Below are positions 55,019-64,000 of a stretch of DNA of 64,000 nucleotides, piece by piece. Made by a program: the position numbers and the translations under genes. The notes under the pieces were generated by a model. That model worked only from the letters and a program-made list of their open reading frames with translations, ran no database searches and was not told the DNA's origin. Each line of letters begins with the position of its first letter. The stretch's first letter is position 1. The stretch is from Acidimicrobiia bacterium (GTDB lineage: Bacteria > Actinomycetota > Acidimicrobiia > IMCC26256 > JAENVU01). The stretch lies in NCBI GenBank assembly GCA_025361725.1, contig JANYJV010000140.1:9428-73427 (forward strand). The letters run 5' to 3'.

Positions 55019-55228
55019 TCAGACGATCTTGTCGCCGTCTCGGAAGACCGCGATCGCCTGGGTCGGACATCCCTGCGCGGCGAGGATCACCTTGTCCTCG
55101 GAGTCGCCGGCCGGGTCCAGGACGATCGCAACGCCGTCGTCGTCGAGGTCGAAGACGGCCGGCGCCCAGAACGAGCAGTTGCCCGAGCCCATACAGACCT
55201 CACGGTTGATTTCGATCGACAGTGCCAC
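55019..55228 (-). CDS. small single-cluster ferredoxin (3Fe-4S/4Fe-4S, P450-partner type)
   Basis: Tail of track ORF 55019..56002, starting at GTG 55228, which is preceded by GAAGGGAAGG. VALSIEINREVCMGSGNCSFWAPAVFDLDDDG...AAQGCPTQAI fits a CxxSxxC...CP cluster motif. The protein is 69 aa. Confidence 0.75.
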   Translation of the reverse strand: MALSIEINREVCMGSGNCSFWAPAVFDLDDDGVAIVLDPAGDSEDKVILAAQGCPTQAIAVFRDGDKIV

Positions 55229-55278
55229 GGACCTTCCCTTCTCGATGACCTGGAGCAAGTTAGCGGCGAGTGGCGCGC

Positions 55279-55854
55279 CTACATGGATGCCGCGAGCTTT
55301 TTGGCCAGCGAGCGAACCGCCGACGCGCGTGACCAGACGTCGACTCCAGCGCCGGTCGAGTAGTCGACGACGCCCGTGGATCCGCCTTTCACGAACTGGA
55401 TCACCACCTTGTGTGAGGTGGTGTTCACGTCCTCGAAGGCCTTGCTGCCGAGCCCCGCGATCGCCGTTCGCTTCGGGAAGAGTCGTTCGCCGTAGAACTG
55501 AGCTCCTGGATAGCTGCGGATCTGGAGCAGATTGCGGACCGTGAGGTCGTCGCCGGCATGCTGGTACAGACATAAACCCGACACCAACTTCTCGGCCCCC
55601 GACGAAGGCGTCGGCTCGGCGGACTCGCCGAACAGCCCGGCCGCATCCGTTGCGGTGATCACTGCGCAGAGATCCTTGGGTTTCGAGTTCTTCGCGCCGT
55701 CGACGCTCGAGTTCGACGTTGTCGACAGCTGCTTCGGTTCGTTCGAACTCTTCGACGCGGCGCTGCTCCCACACCCGCCCACGGCGGCGAGCACGCCGAA
55801 TGCGACCACACGTCTGCATCCAACCCTCACACCGTGCGACATCGACTCGATCAT
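55279..55854 (-). CDS. lipoprotein, function unknown
   Basis: Track ORF 55279..56091, trimmed to ATG 55854. The signal peptide has a lipobox (VVAFGVLAAVGGCGSS) followed by a Ser/Asn-rich linker. Confidence 0.6.
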   Translation of the reverse strand: MIESMSHGVRVGCRRVVAFGVLAAVGGCGSSAASKSSNEPKQLSTTSNSSVDGAKNSKPKDLCAVITATDAAGLFGESAEPTPSSGAEKLVSGLCLYQHAGDDLTVRNLLQIRSYPGAQFYGERLFPKRTAIAGLGSKAFEDVNTTSHKVVIQFVKGGSTGVVDYSTGAGVDVWSRASAVRSLAKKLAASM

Positions 55855-56032
55855 GGTGAGCTCCCGGAACTCGCCAGCCGGACTCGCGCACCGTAGGCGG
55901 CCTCGCGTTCGGTCGCGCGGATCGGTGCCAGACTGCGTTGGTGGGGCATTCGAAATGACCACGAACCCGTGGAATCTGCACTGGCGTCGATCCGAGGCGC
56001 ATGCGCTACTCCCCGATCCGGCTCCTCGACCG

Positions 56033-57220
56033 ATGCGCCACACCTTGATCTCGGTCGACGACCACCTCGTCGAACCGCCGGACATGTTCATCGGCCGGCT
56101 CCCAGCGCGATTCCAGGATCAGTCACCGAAGGTCGTCGAGACCGTGGAGGGCCATGAGGTCTGGGAGTTCGACGGGCGCGTGCATTTCCAGGTCGGTCTC
56201 AACGCGGTGGTCGGTCGGGACCGTCGCGACTGGTTGGTGGAACCGACCCGCTTCGAGGACATGCGACCGGGTTGCTACGACATCGACGCGCGAATCACAG
56301 ATATGGACATCAACGGCGTCTGGGCGTCGGTGAACTTCCCGAGCCAGATCACGGGCTTCTGCGGATCGGTGTTCTCACGGGTATCGGACCCCGAACTCGG
56401 ACTCGCGGTGACCCAGGCGTGGAACGACTGGTTCTTCGACGAGTGGCACACGTCGTATCCCGAGCGGGTCGTGCCGATGGGCATCACGTTCCTCGGCGAT
56501 CCTGACCTCGGGGCCGAGGAGATCCGCCGAAACGCGGCGCGCGGCTTCACCGCGGTCACACTTCCCGAACAGCCGCATCGCATCGATCTACCGTCGATCT
56601 TCTCCGGCTGGTGGGATCCGATCATCACCGCGTGCGCTGACACGGGAACGGTCATCTGTTTGCATGTCGGATCCACCGGCGTCACCGCGATGCCGCCGGA
56701 CGCGCCGATGGTGCCACTCGCGGCCACGCTGTTCGGACAACTGTCGCTGTCGGCATGCGCCGAATGGTTGTGGTCGGGCTATGCCGTTCGGTTCCCTGAC
56801 TTGAAGATCGCGATGAGCGAAGGCGGGATCGGTTGGGTCGCAATGCTGCACGACCGCCTCGAGAACATCGTCGATCGGGCCGGGTACGGCCACTACTTTC
56901 CCGGCGACCGCCGCCCCGCCGACGTGCTGCGGGAGAACTTCTGGTTCTGCACCATCGATGACCCGTCCACGCTGGTCACTCGCAAGACCATCGGCGTCGA
57001 CCACATCATGTTCGAGACCGACTATCCCCACGGCGACGGCACCTGGCCCGATTCGCAACGCGTCTTCGCCGACGTCTTTGGCCAACTTCCGGCCGACGAG
57101 ATCGCGAAGATCAGTCACGAGAATGCGGCGCAGCTGTTCCGTCACCCGCTTCCACCACGGGAGAGCCCCCACGCCGTTGGGCTCCGAGCGCTTCACACCC
57201 CGGACCGCCGCGTCGGTTAG
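56033..57220 (+). CDS. amidohydrolase-2 (ACMSD-like metal-dependent hydrolase/decarboxylase) family protein
   Basis: Track ORF 55532..57220, trimmed to ATG 56033 (MRHTLISVDDHLVEPPDMF; ATG 55955 is an alternative). ...GVWASVNFPS...ICLHVGS...IMFETDYPHGDG... Confidence 0.8.
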   Translation: MRHTLISVDDHLVEPPDMFIGRLPARFQDQSPKVVETVEGHEVWEFDGRVHFQVGLNAVVGRDRRDWLVEPTRFEDMRPGCYDIDARITDMDINGVWASVNFPSQITGFCGSVFSRVSDPELGLAVTQAWNDWFFDEWHTSYPERVVPMGITFLGDPDLGAEEIRRNAARGFTAVTLPEQPHRIDLPSIFSGWWDPIITACADTGTVICLHVGSTGVTAMPPDAPMVPLAATLFGQLSLSACAEWLWSGYAVRFPDLKIAMSEGGIGWVAMLHDRLENIVDRAGYGHYFPGDRRPADVLRENFWFCTIDDPSTLVTRKTIGVDHIMFETDYPHGDGTWPDSQRVFADVFGQLPADEIAKISHENAAQLFRHPLPPRESPHAVGLRALHTPDRRVG

Positions 57221-57606
57221 GAACCGCGGGCGACCTTCACGGCGCCCCACAACATGGGGAGTTGCAGTGGCAACCGAGCCCACGCGACCGCAGCCGAGTC
57301 CATCGGCGGCTTCGCATCCGGCATCCCCCCGTCGAGTGCCATCTGCCAGTTCGCGGGCCAGACCGCCAGGATCGTGGCGAACGCAGCCGCGCCGCCGATC
57401 CTGCGGGTCTGGAGACGCATCATGAGACCCGCGCACGCGAGTTCCACCGCACCGCTGGCGTAGGTCCACGTGCGCGCCTTCCCAGGCATCCATCGCGGGA
57501 CGATCGGGTCAAAGAACCCGGGGTTGGTGAAGTGGGTAACACCCGCGCCGCCCATCAGGGCGATCATCCGCCACGGCATGCAGGAAGCGGTCTCGGGCGA
57601 GTCCAT
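57217..57606 (-). CDS. DoxX-like small membrane protein
   Basis: Track ORF 57217..57918, trimmed to ATG 57606, which lies 13 nt after the P450 stop. ...GGAGVTHFTNPGFFDPIVPRWMP...YASGAVELACAGLMM...LAVWPANWQMAL... Confidence 0.55.
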   Translation of the reverse strand: MDSPETASCMPWRMIALMGGAGVTHFTNPGFFDPIVPRWMPGKARTWTYASGAVELACAGLMMRLQTRRIGGAAAFATILAVWPANWQMALDGGMPDAKPPMDSAAVAWARLPLQLPMLWGAVKVARGS

Positions 57607-57619
57607 CGGGTACGCCTGC

Positions 57620-58828
57620 TCAGGCTGCGTCGAACACGACGGGAAGGGTCGTGGGCGAACGGAACCGCTCGCCGTGGATGTGGACGTCATCGCCTTCCCA
57701 CCGGTCCGGGTCCGGTGCCAAGTTCGGGCACCGATCCAACAGGCGGTTGACTGCGGTCGCCATCTCCATGCGGGCCAGGTGGATACCGAGACACATGTGG
57801 ACACCGTGTCCGAACGCGATGTGCGGCTGCGACTCACGGAAGATGTCGAAGTCTTCGGGTCGGTCCCACCGCGTCTCATCGTGGTTCGCGGATCCGATGT
57901 TGACGGTGACGAAACCACCCTTGGGGATGACGGTGCCGGCGATCTCCGTCTCTGTGGCGCACTCGCGCGAGGTGATGAGCAGCGGGCCTTCCCACCGGAT
58001 CGATTCCTCGATCGCCTGGGGCATCAGCGAGCGATCTGCGCGCAATGCGGCGAACTGGTCGGGGTTGGACAACAACCCGTGCAGGAAACTGCCGGTGGCG
58101 CGATAGGTCGTTTCCGCCCCGGCCGGGAGCAGCAGCCGCAAGAAGGAAAAGATCTCTTCGTCGCCGAGGCGTTCGCCGTCGAGTTCGGCGACCGTGAGCT
58201 CGCTGATGATGTCCGTCCCCGGATGGGCACGACGTTCGTCCATGATGCCGGCGAAGTACTCGCGGAGTTCTTCGCTCGCGAGAATCCCCTCCTCGGGGCG
58301 CACGGCAACATTGATCACCGCCAGCGCGCGCGGATGGAAGAACGCGTGGTCTTCACGCGGCAGGCCGAGGATTGCGGCAATCACTTGTGCGGGATAGTGG
58401 TAGGTGAACTCGCTCACGAGATCCGCCTCACCGCGCGCCGCGAAGCCGTCGATCATGTCGTCGACCACCGGCACGACCAGATCCTGGTCCCAATGCGCGA
58501 GAGATCGCTGCCGGAACGCTTGCGCCACCAACGCACGCAACCGCCGGTGTTCAGGTTCGTCCATTCCCACGAGCGGGTATGGCCCCATGACCACGCTCAT
58601 GAACTCGCGGATCGAACCCGAAGGGAACGTCACGTTGTCGCGCATCACCTGCGAAACCAACTCGTACGAGTAGATCTCGTACCCGCCGTCGGCCATCAGC
58701 TCGACGGGCTGCGTGCGCCGCTTGGCGTGGAATGCGGGGTACGGGTCACGAACGTCGCCGGCGACGCCAGTGAACTGCGCCATCGGATCGAACGGAGCGG
58801 CGGTGGCACGACCTGACATGCGTGTCAC
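57620..58828 (-). CDS. cytochrome P450
   Basis: 402 aa with the heme-thiolate loop FGHGVHMCLGIHLARME, an ExxR motif in EESIRWEGP, and an I-helix LLLPAGAETT. Confidence 0.9.
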   Translation of the reverse strand: MTRMSGRATAAPFDPMAQFTGVAGDVRDPYPAFHAKRRTQPVELMADGGYEIYSYELVSQVMRDNVTFPSGSIREFMSVVMGPYPLVGMDEPEHRRLRALVAQAFRQRSLAHWDQDLVVPVVDDMIDGFAARGEADLVSEFTYHYPAQVIAAILGLPREDHAFFHPRALAVINVAVRPEEGILASEELREYFAGIMDERRAHPGTDIISELTVAELDGERLGDEEIFSFLRLLLPAGAETTYRATGSFLHGLLSNPDQFAALRADRSLMPQAIEESIRWEGPLLITSRECATETEIAGTVIPKGGFVTVNIGSANHDETRWDRPEDFDIFRESQPHIAFGHGVHMCLGIHLARMEMATAVNRLLDRCPNLAPDPDRWEGDDVHIHGERFRSPTTLPVVFDAA

Positions 58829-58858
58829 CTTAGAACCTGGCTGGTCCGGTCCGGGCGC

Positions 58859-60232
58859 TCACGTCGGTTCGCCACCCGAGAGGGCGAGAAACCGTTCGTA
58901 CCGTCGGTCCAGCGCCTCGAACCAGCGCGGGTCCGGGTCGATCACGCGGCCGGGTCGGGCCCAACGTCGGGCATCGGTCATCTGTCCCGCTTCGAGCCCG
59001 GCTGCGAGGCGGGCGAGGTAGGCCGAACCGAGCGCCGCGCCCTCGGGCACCTTGGTGCACTGCACGGGCACACCGGTGCAATCGGCGAGCGCCTGGACCC
59101 ACTCGTCGACTCGCGTCCCTCCCCCGGTCGCGACGATTCGGCGCGGCGTCACTCCGTGCGCGCTCGCGGCGGCTTCGATCATCCGCCGCGCAACGAATCC
59201 CGATGCCTCGAAGATCGAACGCCGCACTGCGGCCGTGTCGTGGGTGAGATCCAGATCGGCGAGCACCGCGGTTCGATGGGGGTCGTGAAGCGGGACGCGC
59301 TCACCGCGCGGGTAGGGCGCCCAGACGGGAATCCGATCGGGATGCGGAGCCGGTCCACCGCCACTCGCACCCAAGGTGCGAGTGGCCCAGTTGATGAACA
59401 GCCCACCGGCATTGCTCGGGCCACCCGCCAGGAACAGTCCCGGCTCCGTGAACGGCATGACCCAGTACCTCGGAACCTCGTCATGACGCGCGGTCACGGT
59501 ATTCACGATCAAGGTCGTACCCATGAGGACCAACACGTCGCCGACCGCGTTCGCACCGGAGACGATTTGGTCGGTGAGCACATCGATGCATCCCGGCGCG
59601 AGCACCGGACCGTCCGGTCCGCCCACGTGTCCGCACGCCCAACCCGTCGGCACGATTCGCGGCAGTTGCTCGACCGTGATCCCGAGTTCGGACGCGACCG
59701 CCGGGTCCCACTGCCGCCAATCGAAGAGTGGGTACGTGACGCTCGCCGTCGTCGTGTCGATCACCGCCTCGCCGGCCAGGGCGTGGTTCGCCATCGTGGT
59801 GGCCGGCCAGAAGCCGAGGGCATCGGGCGCCGTCCGGGCGGCCCAGCGCAGGAAGCTCACGAACTCGCCGGTCTCGGCGGGGTTACCGCCGTCGCCGACC
59901 TCTCCCCCGTCGGCTGCCACCCCACGCGCGTCGCCGTAGAGCAGCCCCGGCGTCAGCGGATTCCCGGCGCCGTCGACCGCCGCCACCGACGGCACCATCG
60001 CACTGACGCTCACGCCGGCCGGCGCGTCCTCGAGTTGGAGCGCATCGAGTGCAGCACGCGGCCCGTCGCGCCACGCCGCCGCGGCGTCGTGTTCGAAATG
60101 ACCCGGCTCCGGAATCCCGATGGCGTGCGGGATCCGGCTCTGCGCGACGACGGTGCCGTCCTCGTCGGCCGCAACTGCTTTGACCGAGGACGTGCCGATG
60201 TCGATCCCGACGGTGACGGGTCCGCTGGTCAT
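58859..60232 (-). CDS. FGGY-family carbohydrate kinase (xylulokinase-like)
   Basis: 457 aa. VGIDIGTSSVKAVAADEDG... is the N-terminal actin-fold phosphate-1 motif, and ...IVATGGGTRVDEWVQALADCTG... lies in the C-terminal domain. Confidence 0.85.
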   Translation of the reverse strand: MTSGPVTVGIDIGTSSVKAVAADEDGTVVAQSRIPHAIGIPEPGHFEHDAAAAWRDGPRAALDALQLEDAPAGVSVSAMVPSVAAVDGAGNPLTPGLLYGDARGVAADGGEVGDGGNPAETGEFVSFLRWAARTAPDALGFWPATTMANHALAGEAVIDTTTASVTYPLFDWRQWDPAVASELGITVEQLPRIVPTGWACGHVGGPDGPVLAPGCIDVLTDQIVSGANAVGDVLVLMGTTLIVNTVTARHDEVPRYWVMPFTEPGLFLAGGPSNAGGLFINWATRTLGASGGGPAPHPDRIPVWAPYPRGERVPLHDPHRTAVLADLDLTHDTAAVRRSIFEASGFVARRMIEAAASAHGVTPRRIVATGGGTRVDEWVQALADCTGVPVQCTKVPEGAALGSAYLARLAAGLEAGQMTDARRWARPGRVIDPDPRWFEALDRRYERFLALSGGEPT

Positions 60233-60951
60233 GGACGGGGCGGCGTTCCCTCGGCCAATGCGGCCACGACCTCCTCGTGGAGGAGTCCGTTGCTCGAGAT
60301 CGCGCTGCCGCCGTCAGCGGTGCGAACACCTTCGAGGGTGGTGAAGCGCCCTCCGGCCTCCTCCACGACGACGAGGAGCGCGGCGAGATCCCACAGGTTG
60401 ACGATGGGTTCCACCGCAATGTCGGCAGTTCCTTCGGCCACGAGCATGTGTTGCCAGAAATCACCGACGCCGCGCGTCCGCCAGACCGAGTGGAGTAGAT
60501 CGATCATCGGTTGCGCGCTCGACCGGTACTTCGTCCACGACGCCAGATCCGAGTAGCAGAGCTGCGCGTCGGCGAGATCACCAACCTTCGACACGGTGAT
60601 CCGCTCGCCGTTCGCGTACGCGCCCTCGCCCCGAGCCGCGTACCAGCGGCGGTGCAGCGCCGGCGCGGACACCACGCCCACGGTCAGCTCGCCGTCCTCC
60701 TCGAGCGCGATCAGCGTCGCCCAGATCGGAAGTCCCCGGACGTAGCTGGCGGTACCGTCGATGGGATCGACGATCCAGCGTCGGCGGCCCTCGCCCTCGG
60801 TACCGAACTCCTCACCCAGCACGGCATCGCCGGGACGCGCGTGCTGGATGCCCTCACGAATGAGCACCTCAGCCGCACGATCGGCCTCCGTCACATGGGT
60901 GGTGTCCGGTTTGCGTGCGACGCGCAGGTCTTCGGCTCGAAATCGAGCCAT
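60229..60951 (-). CDS. inositol monophosphatase family protein (possibly histidinol-phosphatase HisN type)
   Basis: 240 aa from ATG 60951. ...VTEADRAAEVLIR...WIVDPIDGTASYVRG...WDLAALLVVVEEAGG... Its stop overlaps the kinase start (ATGA, 60229-60232). The N-terminus looks short; see the finding at 60952..61020. Confidence 0.8.
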   Translation of the reverse strand: MARFRAEDLRVARKPDTTHVTEADRAAEVLIREGIQHARPGDAVLGEEFGTEGEGRRRWIVDPIDGTASYVRGLPIWATLIALEEDGELTVGVVSAPALHRRWYAARGEGAYANGERITVSKVGDLADAQLCYSDLASWTKYRSSAQPMIDLLHSVWRTRGVGDFWQHMLVAEGTADIAVEPIVNLWDLAALLVVVEEAGGRFTTLEGVRTADGGSAISSNGLLHEEVVAALAEGTPPRP

Positions 60952-61068
60952 GGTGAGTGCATCGGCGGCGTGGGCGAGTTCGAGGGCGAGCGCGAGATCG
61001 GGGTTGATGCGAAGAACCTACCGGAGGCGATGTCCGTTATTGACGAACCTCGCGCCTGGTGGTGGGTC

Positions 61069-61581
61069 ATGCTGGTCAGCATGCTGCACGCACGCCTCGT
61101 CGTCCCACTCGCCTTGATCGCCGTGGTCGGACTCGCAGCGTGTGACTCGGGATCATCCAAAGCCGCCACCAAGCCGCACACCTCCACCACGAGCAGCACC
61201 ACCGTCTCGTCGACCGCTACGTCGTCCACGACCGCGGCGCCGGTCGTCTCGACCACCGTGGCGCCGAGCTCGGTGACCACGCTGCCACCCACGATCGGGA
61301 CGTGTGACGCACGCGCCGGTGCGATCTTCGCTGCGGTCCAAGGCGGCGATCTCGGGCCGGTGCCGCTTGCGAAGTACACGATTTCGGACTGTCGGATCGC
61401 GAACTCGAACCAGATCTGGTCGGCCGTCAGTCTCGTCCCCAACCCCGGGACGGGTGTGATTCCTTTGACGGTCGCACTCGAGCGAGTTGGTTCGATCTGG
61501 CAGGTACGCAGTTACGCGACGAATCACGTTGCGTGTGACGCACCGCCACCGGTCCCCCAGGAACTCCGTCTCGGATGCTGA
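61069..61581 (+). CDS. lipoprotein, function unknown
   Basis: Inside track ORF 60511..61581. ATG 61069 gives MLVSMLHARLVVPLALIAVVGLAACDSG (signal peptide plus lipobox), followed by a Ser/Thr-rich linker and a ~100-aa domain. ATG 61030 is an alternative start. Confidence 0.55.
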   Translation: MLVSMLHARLVVPLALIAVVGLAACDSGSSKAATKPHTSTTSSTTVSSTATSSTTAAPVVSTTVAPSSVTTLPPTIGTCDARAGAIFAAVQGGDLGPVPLAKYTISDCRIANSNQIWSAVSLVPNPGTGVIPLTVALERVGSIWQVRSYATNHVACDAPPPVPQELRLGC

Positions 61582-61618
61582 ACGCCTCCCGCTCCCGGCC
61601 CCGCCGGTCGGGCCTCGC

Positions 61619-62797
61619 TCAGGCGGGCATGACCTCGAGGACCGTCGCCGAGCCCATGCCGCCGCCGGCACACATGCTTGAAACTCCGATGCCGCCGCCA
61701 CGGCGGGCCAGCTCGTTCACGAGGGTGACGATCATGCGCGCGCCCGTCGCGGCCACCGGGTGACCGAGGCTGCATCCGCTGCCATTCACGTTGGTGACCG
61801 CGTGATCAATGCCCAGGATGCGAGTGCTCGCCACACACATCGCGGCGAACGCCTCGTTGATCTCGAACAGGTCGACATCGGTGAGGGCGAGTCCCGCACG
61901 ATCGAGAGCTTTCGGAATCGCGTACGTCGGTCCGAGGCCGGTGTCCTGTGGTGGCACACCGGATGAAGCCCAGCTCTTGATGGTCGCCATCGGTGTGAGG
62001 CCGTGCGCCTTCGCGTACTCCGAGTCGACGATCATCATCGCCGCCGCGGCATCGTTCAGACCCGAGGAGTTCCCGGCCGTGATGCTGAAACCTTCGATCT
62101 CCGGGTGCAGCGGCTTGAGGCTTCCGAGCTTCTCCATGGTCGTCCCGCGCCGCGGATGTTCGTCGGTGGCGAACGTGACGGTCTCACCGTCGCGACGCGT
62201 GACCTCGATCGGGAAGATCTCCTTCTCGAACTTCCCGGTATCGATCGCGTCGACGGCTCGCAGCTGCGATTCGTACGCCCAGTGATCCATCTCTCCGCGC
62301 GTCACGTTGGCCTTCTGCGCGCTGTTCCACCCGACCGTGATCGACATGTCGAACGCCGGCGCGTCGGGGGTAGCCGGGTGACTCGGTGACATCCACGGCG
62401 CCATGTCGTCGGTGCCCATCGTGCGCTTCATTGCCGCCGGTGAGCTCGAGATGGACTCCGATCCACCGGCAATCACCACTCGATCCATGCCGGCGCGAAT
62501 ACTCGCGGCCGCGCCTTGTACTGCCGCCATCCCGGACGCGCAGTGACGGTTCAGGGCGACGCCGGGAACGTTCAGCAGGCCGAGGTCCACGGCCGCGTAG
62601 CGAGCGATGTCGCCACCGCCTTGGAGGGACTCGCCCATCTGGAGGTCGTCGACGTCGCCATGGTCCACACCGGAGCGGCTCAGCGCTTCGCCGACGGCGT
62701 ACTTCGCCAGATCGAAGGCGGAGACGTCGAGCAAGGTGCCTTTGCGCGCGGTGCCGATGGCGGTCCGTGCAGTCGAGACGATGACGGCGTCACCCAT
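61619..62797 (-). CDS. acetyl-CoA C-acyltransferase (degradative thiolase)
   Basis: Track ORF 61619..62974, trimmed to ATG 62797, which is preceded by GGAGGA 7 nt upstream. MGDAVIVSTARTAIGTARKG..., the Cys nucleophile in NRHCASGMAAV, and ...GSGCSLGHPVAATG...MCAGGGMG. Confidence 0.9.
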   Translation of the reverse strand: MGDAVIVSTARTAIGTARKGTLLDVSAFDLAKYAVGEALSRSGVDHGDVDDLQMGESLQGGGDIARYAAVDLGLLNVPGVALNRHCASGMAAVQGAAASIRAGMDRVVIAGGSESISSSPAAMKRTMGTDDMAPWMSPSHPATPDAPAFDMSITVGWNSAQKANVTRGEMDHWAYESQLRAVDAIDTGKFEKEIFPIEVTRRDGETVTFATDEHPRRGTTMEKLGSLKPLHPEIEGFSITAGNSSGLNDAAAAMMIVDSEYAKAHGLTPMATIKSWASSGVPPQDTGLGPTYAIPKALDRAGLALTDVDLFEINEAFAAMCVASTRILGIDHAVTNVNGSGCSLGHPVAATGARMIVTLVNELARRGGGIGVSSMCAGGGMGSATVLEVMPA

Positions 62798-62861
62798 CGG
62801 TGATCCTCCGGTGTGTGGGAGTAGGGCGCCGGAGCGTACCCACTCCCGACCGGTATCGGGC

Positions 62862-63959
62862 TCAGCAGGCGGTCCCAAGTGGAACGAGAGCGTTGGAACT
62901 GCCCGACCGAACGGTCGAGCTGGAAGGTGCGGGAGCCGCCGGCGACGGGGCGAAGATGTCGGTCCCAGGCGCACTCAGCGCGAGGCGGTTCGGATTGGTA
63001 GGACTCGCCATCACCGGCACTGTGGCGAAGGACAAGCCGTCGGTGCCATCGCGGACGAAACGAGCGACGAGGCTGAGGATCAACTGCTTGGACATCCGGC
63101 TGTCAACGGTGAGTGACGAGACCACGCGGTCGCTCAGCTCGACGGCCTTCGTCGGATCGTCGCCGACCACCTTCCGAGCGTGTGCTGCCAGAGCGCTGAG
63201 GAACCGCTGCTGGCGGTCGATCCGGTCGAGGTCAGACCGACCGCTCGCGTCGGTCCACCGACTCCCGTCCCATGCCTCGAGGTGACGAGACCGCACCATT
63301 GCGAGCGCCTGATCGCCGTCGAGCGTCGTGCAACCCGTCGCCTCGAGCGCGAGCCCCGAGAACGCGTCCCGAACTCGACTCGGAACCTCCACCGGCACAC
63401 CACCGACGGCGTCCACCACCTTGATGAAGGACGGGAAGTCGACCTGCACGTAGTGATCGATGGTCACGCCCAAGTTGGCCGTGATCGCGTCGATCAGCGG
63501 CGCCGGACCGCGGTCGAGGAGGGCGTTCAGCTGGATCATGGCGCCTTTGCCGTCCGACACCACGAGATCACGCGGAATGGAACGCACGATCGTCTCGTGC
63601 TTGGTCACGCGAACCAGCATCATCGTGTCGGCGCGCTTCCCGTCGACAGCTTGCGGCGAACCGAAGGCCTGGGCCTGTTCCGGCGTGCTCACGAAGGCTC
63701 GACTGTCACTCCCCACGACCAAGATCGTCATCGGCATCTGCAGAGGTGACGAGTCGAGCGAGCCGGCCGGAAGCGTGACGCGCTTGATGCGCGAGATCCG
63801 GTCGTCGACGGCACGATTCGCCACGACGAACAGCCCCAGTCCCACCGCGACGGTCAGGACACCGGCCACGAGCGCACGTCCGGCGAAACAGCGAGGGGCC
63901 GATCGGACCGTCGTGACCACCGCGAGATCCTCCGACGCGATTGCATCGGTCAGGAGCAC
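62862..63959 (-). CDS. LCP (LytR-CpsA-Psr) family glycopolymer ligase-like protein
   Basis: 365 aa from GTG 63959. The frame stays open up to the right window edge, so the true start may lie further upstream or outside the window. A TM anchor is followed by ...ILVVGSDSR...RADTMMLVRV...IPRDL...HYVQVDF... Confidence 0.75.
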   Translation of the reverse strand: MLLTDAIASEDLAVVTTVRSAPRCFAGRALVAGVLTVAVGLGLFVVANRAVDDRISRIKRVTLPAGSLDSSPLQMPMTILVVGSDSRAFVSTPEQAQAFGSPQAVDGKRADTMMLVRVTKHETIVRSIPRDLVVSDGKGAMIQLNALLDRGPAPLIDAITANLGVTIDHYVQVDFPSFIKVVDAVGGVPVEVPSRVRDAFSGLALEATGCTTLDGDQALAMVRSRHLEAWDGSRWTDASGRSDLDRIDRQQRFLSALAAHARKVVGDDPTKAVELSDRVVSSLTVDSRMSKQLILSLVARFVRDGTDGLSFATVPVMASPTNPNRLALSAPGTDIFAPSPAAPAPSSSTVRSGSSNALVPLGTAC

Positions 63960-64000
63960 GCGGGCTCGCTCGGGCTCATCCGGGTTCGCAACGACATCGG

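Overview
This 64-kb window is about 70% GC and almost entirely coding. It looks like chromosomal DNA from a high-GC Actinomycetota-type organism, but that taxon call is inference only. I can support about 60 protein-coding genes, one decayed pseudogene and a three-copy 47-nt palindromic repeat. I found no rRNA, tRNA, CRISPR array or intact mobile element. The ORF track renders GTG and TTG starts as M. Many long track ORFs are out-of-frame or antisense shadows typical of high-GC DNA, so I trimmed or discarded them by reading the sequence.

Block 1 (1-39.7 kb) is a cell-envelope glycan locus with a very high density of large polytopic membrane proteins that are GT-C type or GT-C-like. These include an AftD/DUF3367-like gene at the left edge, a GT39/83-like gene, a tandem pair of about 650-aa paralogs, a DUF2142 protein and several orphans. 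Alongside them are a Ppm1-like GT2, a GT2-methyltransferase fusion, a GT4, extra SAM methyltransferases, an O-acyltransferase and GMC/FAD/SDR redox enzymes. The block also holds a five-gene, translationally coupled CDP-3,6-dideoxyhexose operon (rfbF-rfbG-rfbH plus an RmlC-like epimerase and an SDR reductase). Its E1-type dehydrase keeps the His-for-Lys site and the C-X57-C-X1-C-X7-C iron-sulfur motif, and no E3 reductase is present in the window. Miscellaneous genes interrupt the block at 19.1-27.0 kb: typA, a TrmO-like gene, GNAT, Zn-ADH, VOC, a D-aminoacylase-family hydrolase and an XRE-nucleotidyltransferase pair that resembles a toxin-antitoxin module.

Block 2 (39.8-62.8 kb) is a lipid or steroid-side-chain-type catabolic region. 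It carries a split alpha/beta acyl-CoA dehydrogenase (ACAD) pair and a fused beta-alpha ACAD, an SCP-x/Ltp-like thiolase, two DUF35 proteins, a MaoC hydratase, a P450, a ferredoxin, an amidohydrolase and a classical thiolase. Two further GT-C-like genes, a patatin and two lipoproteins are interspersed, and an LCP-family gene lies at the right edge.

The best candidates for new biology are:
- the GT-C-rich, lipid-linked glycan assembly locus as a whole;
- its embedded ascarylose-like CDP-dideoxyhexose pathway;
- the family-less tandem membrane paralogs;
- the 47-nt palindromic repeats bracketing a doubly disrupted DUF559-type gene.

All family calls come from motif recognition by eye. No database search was run.
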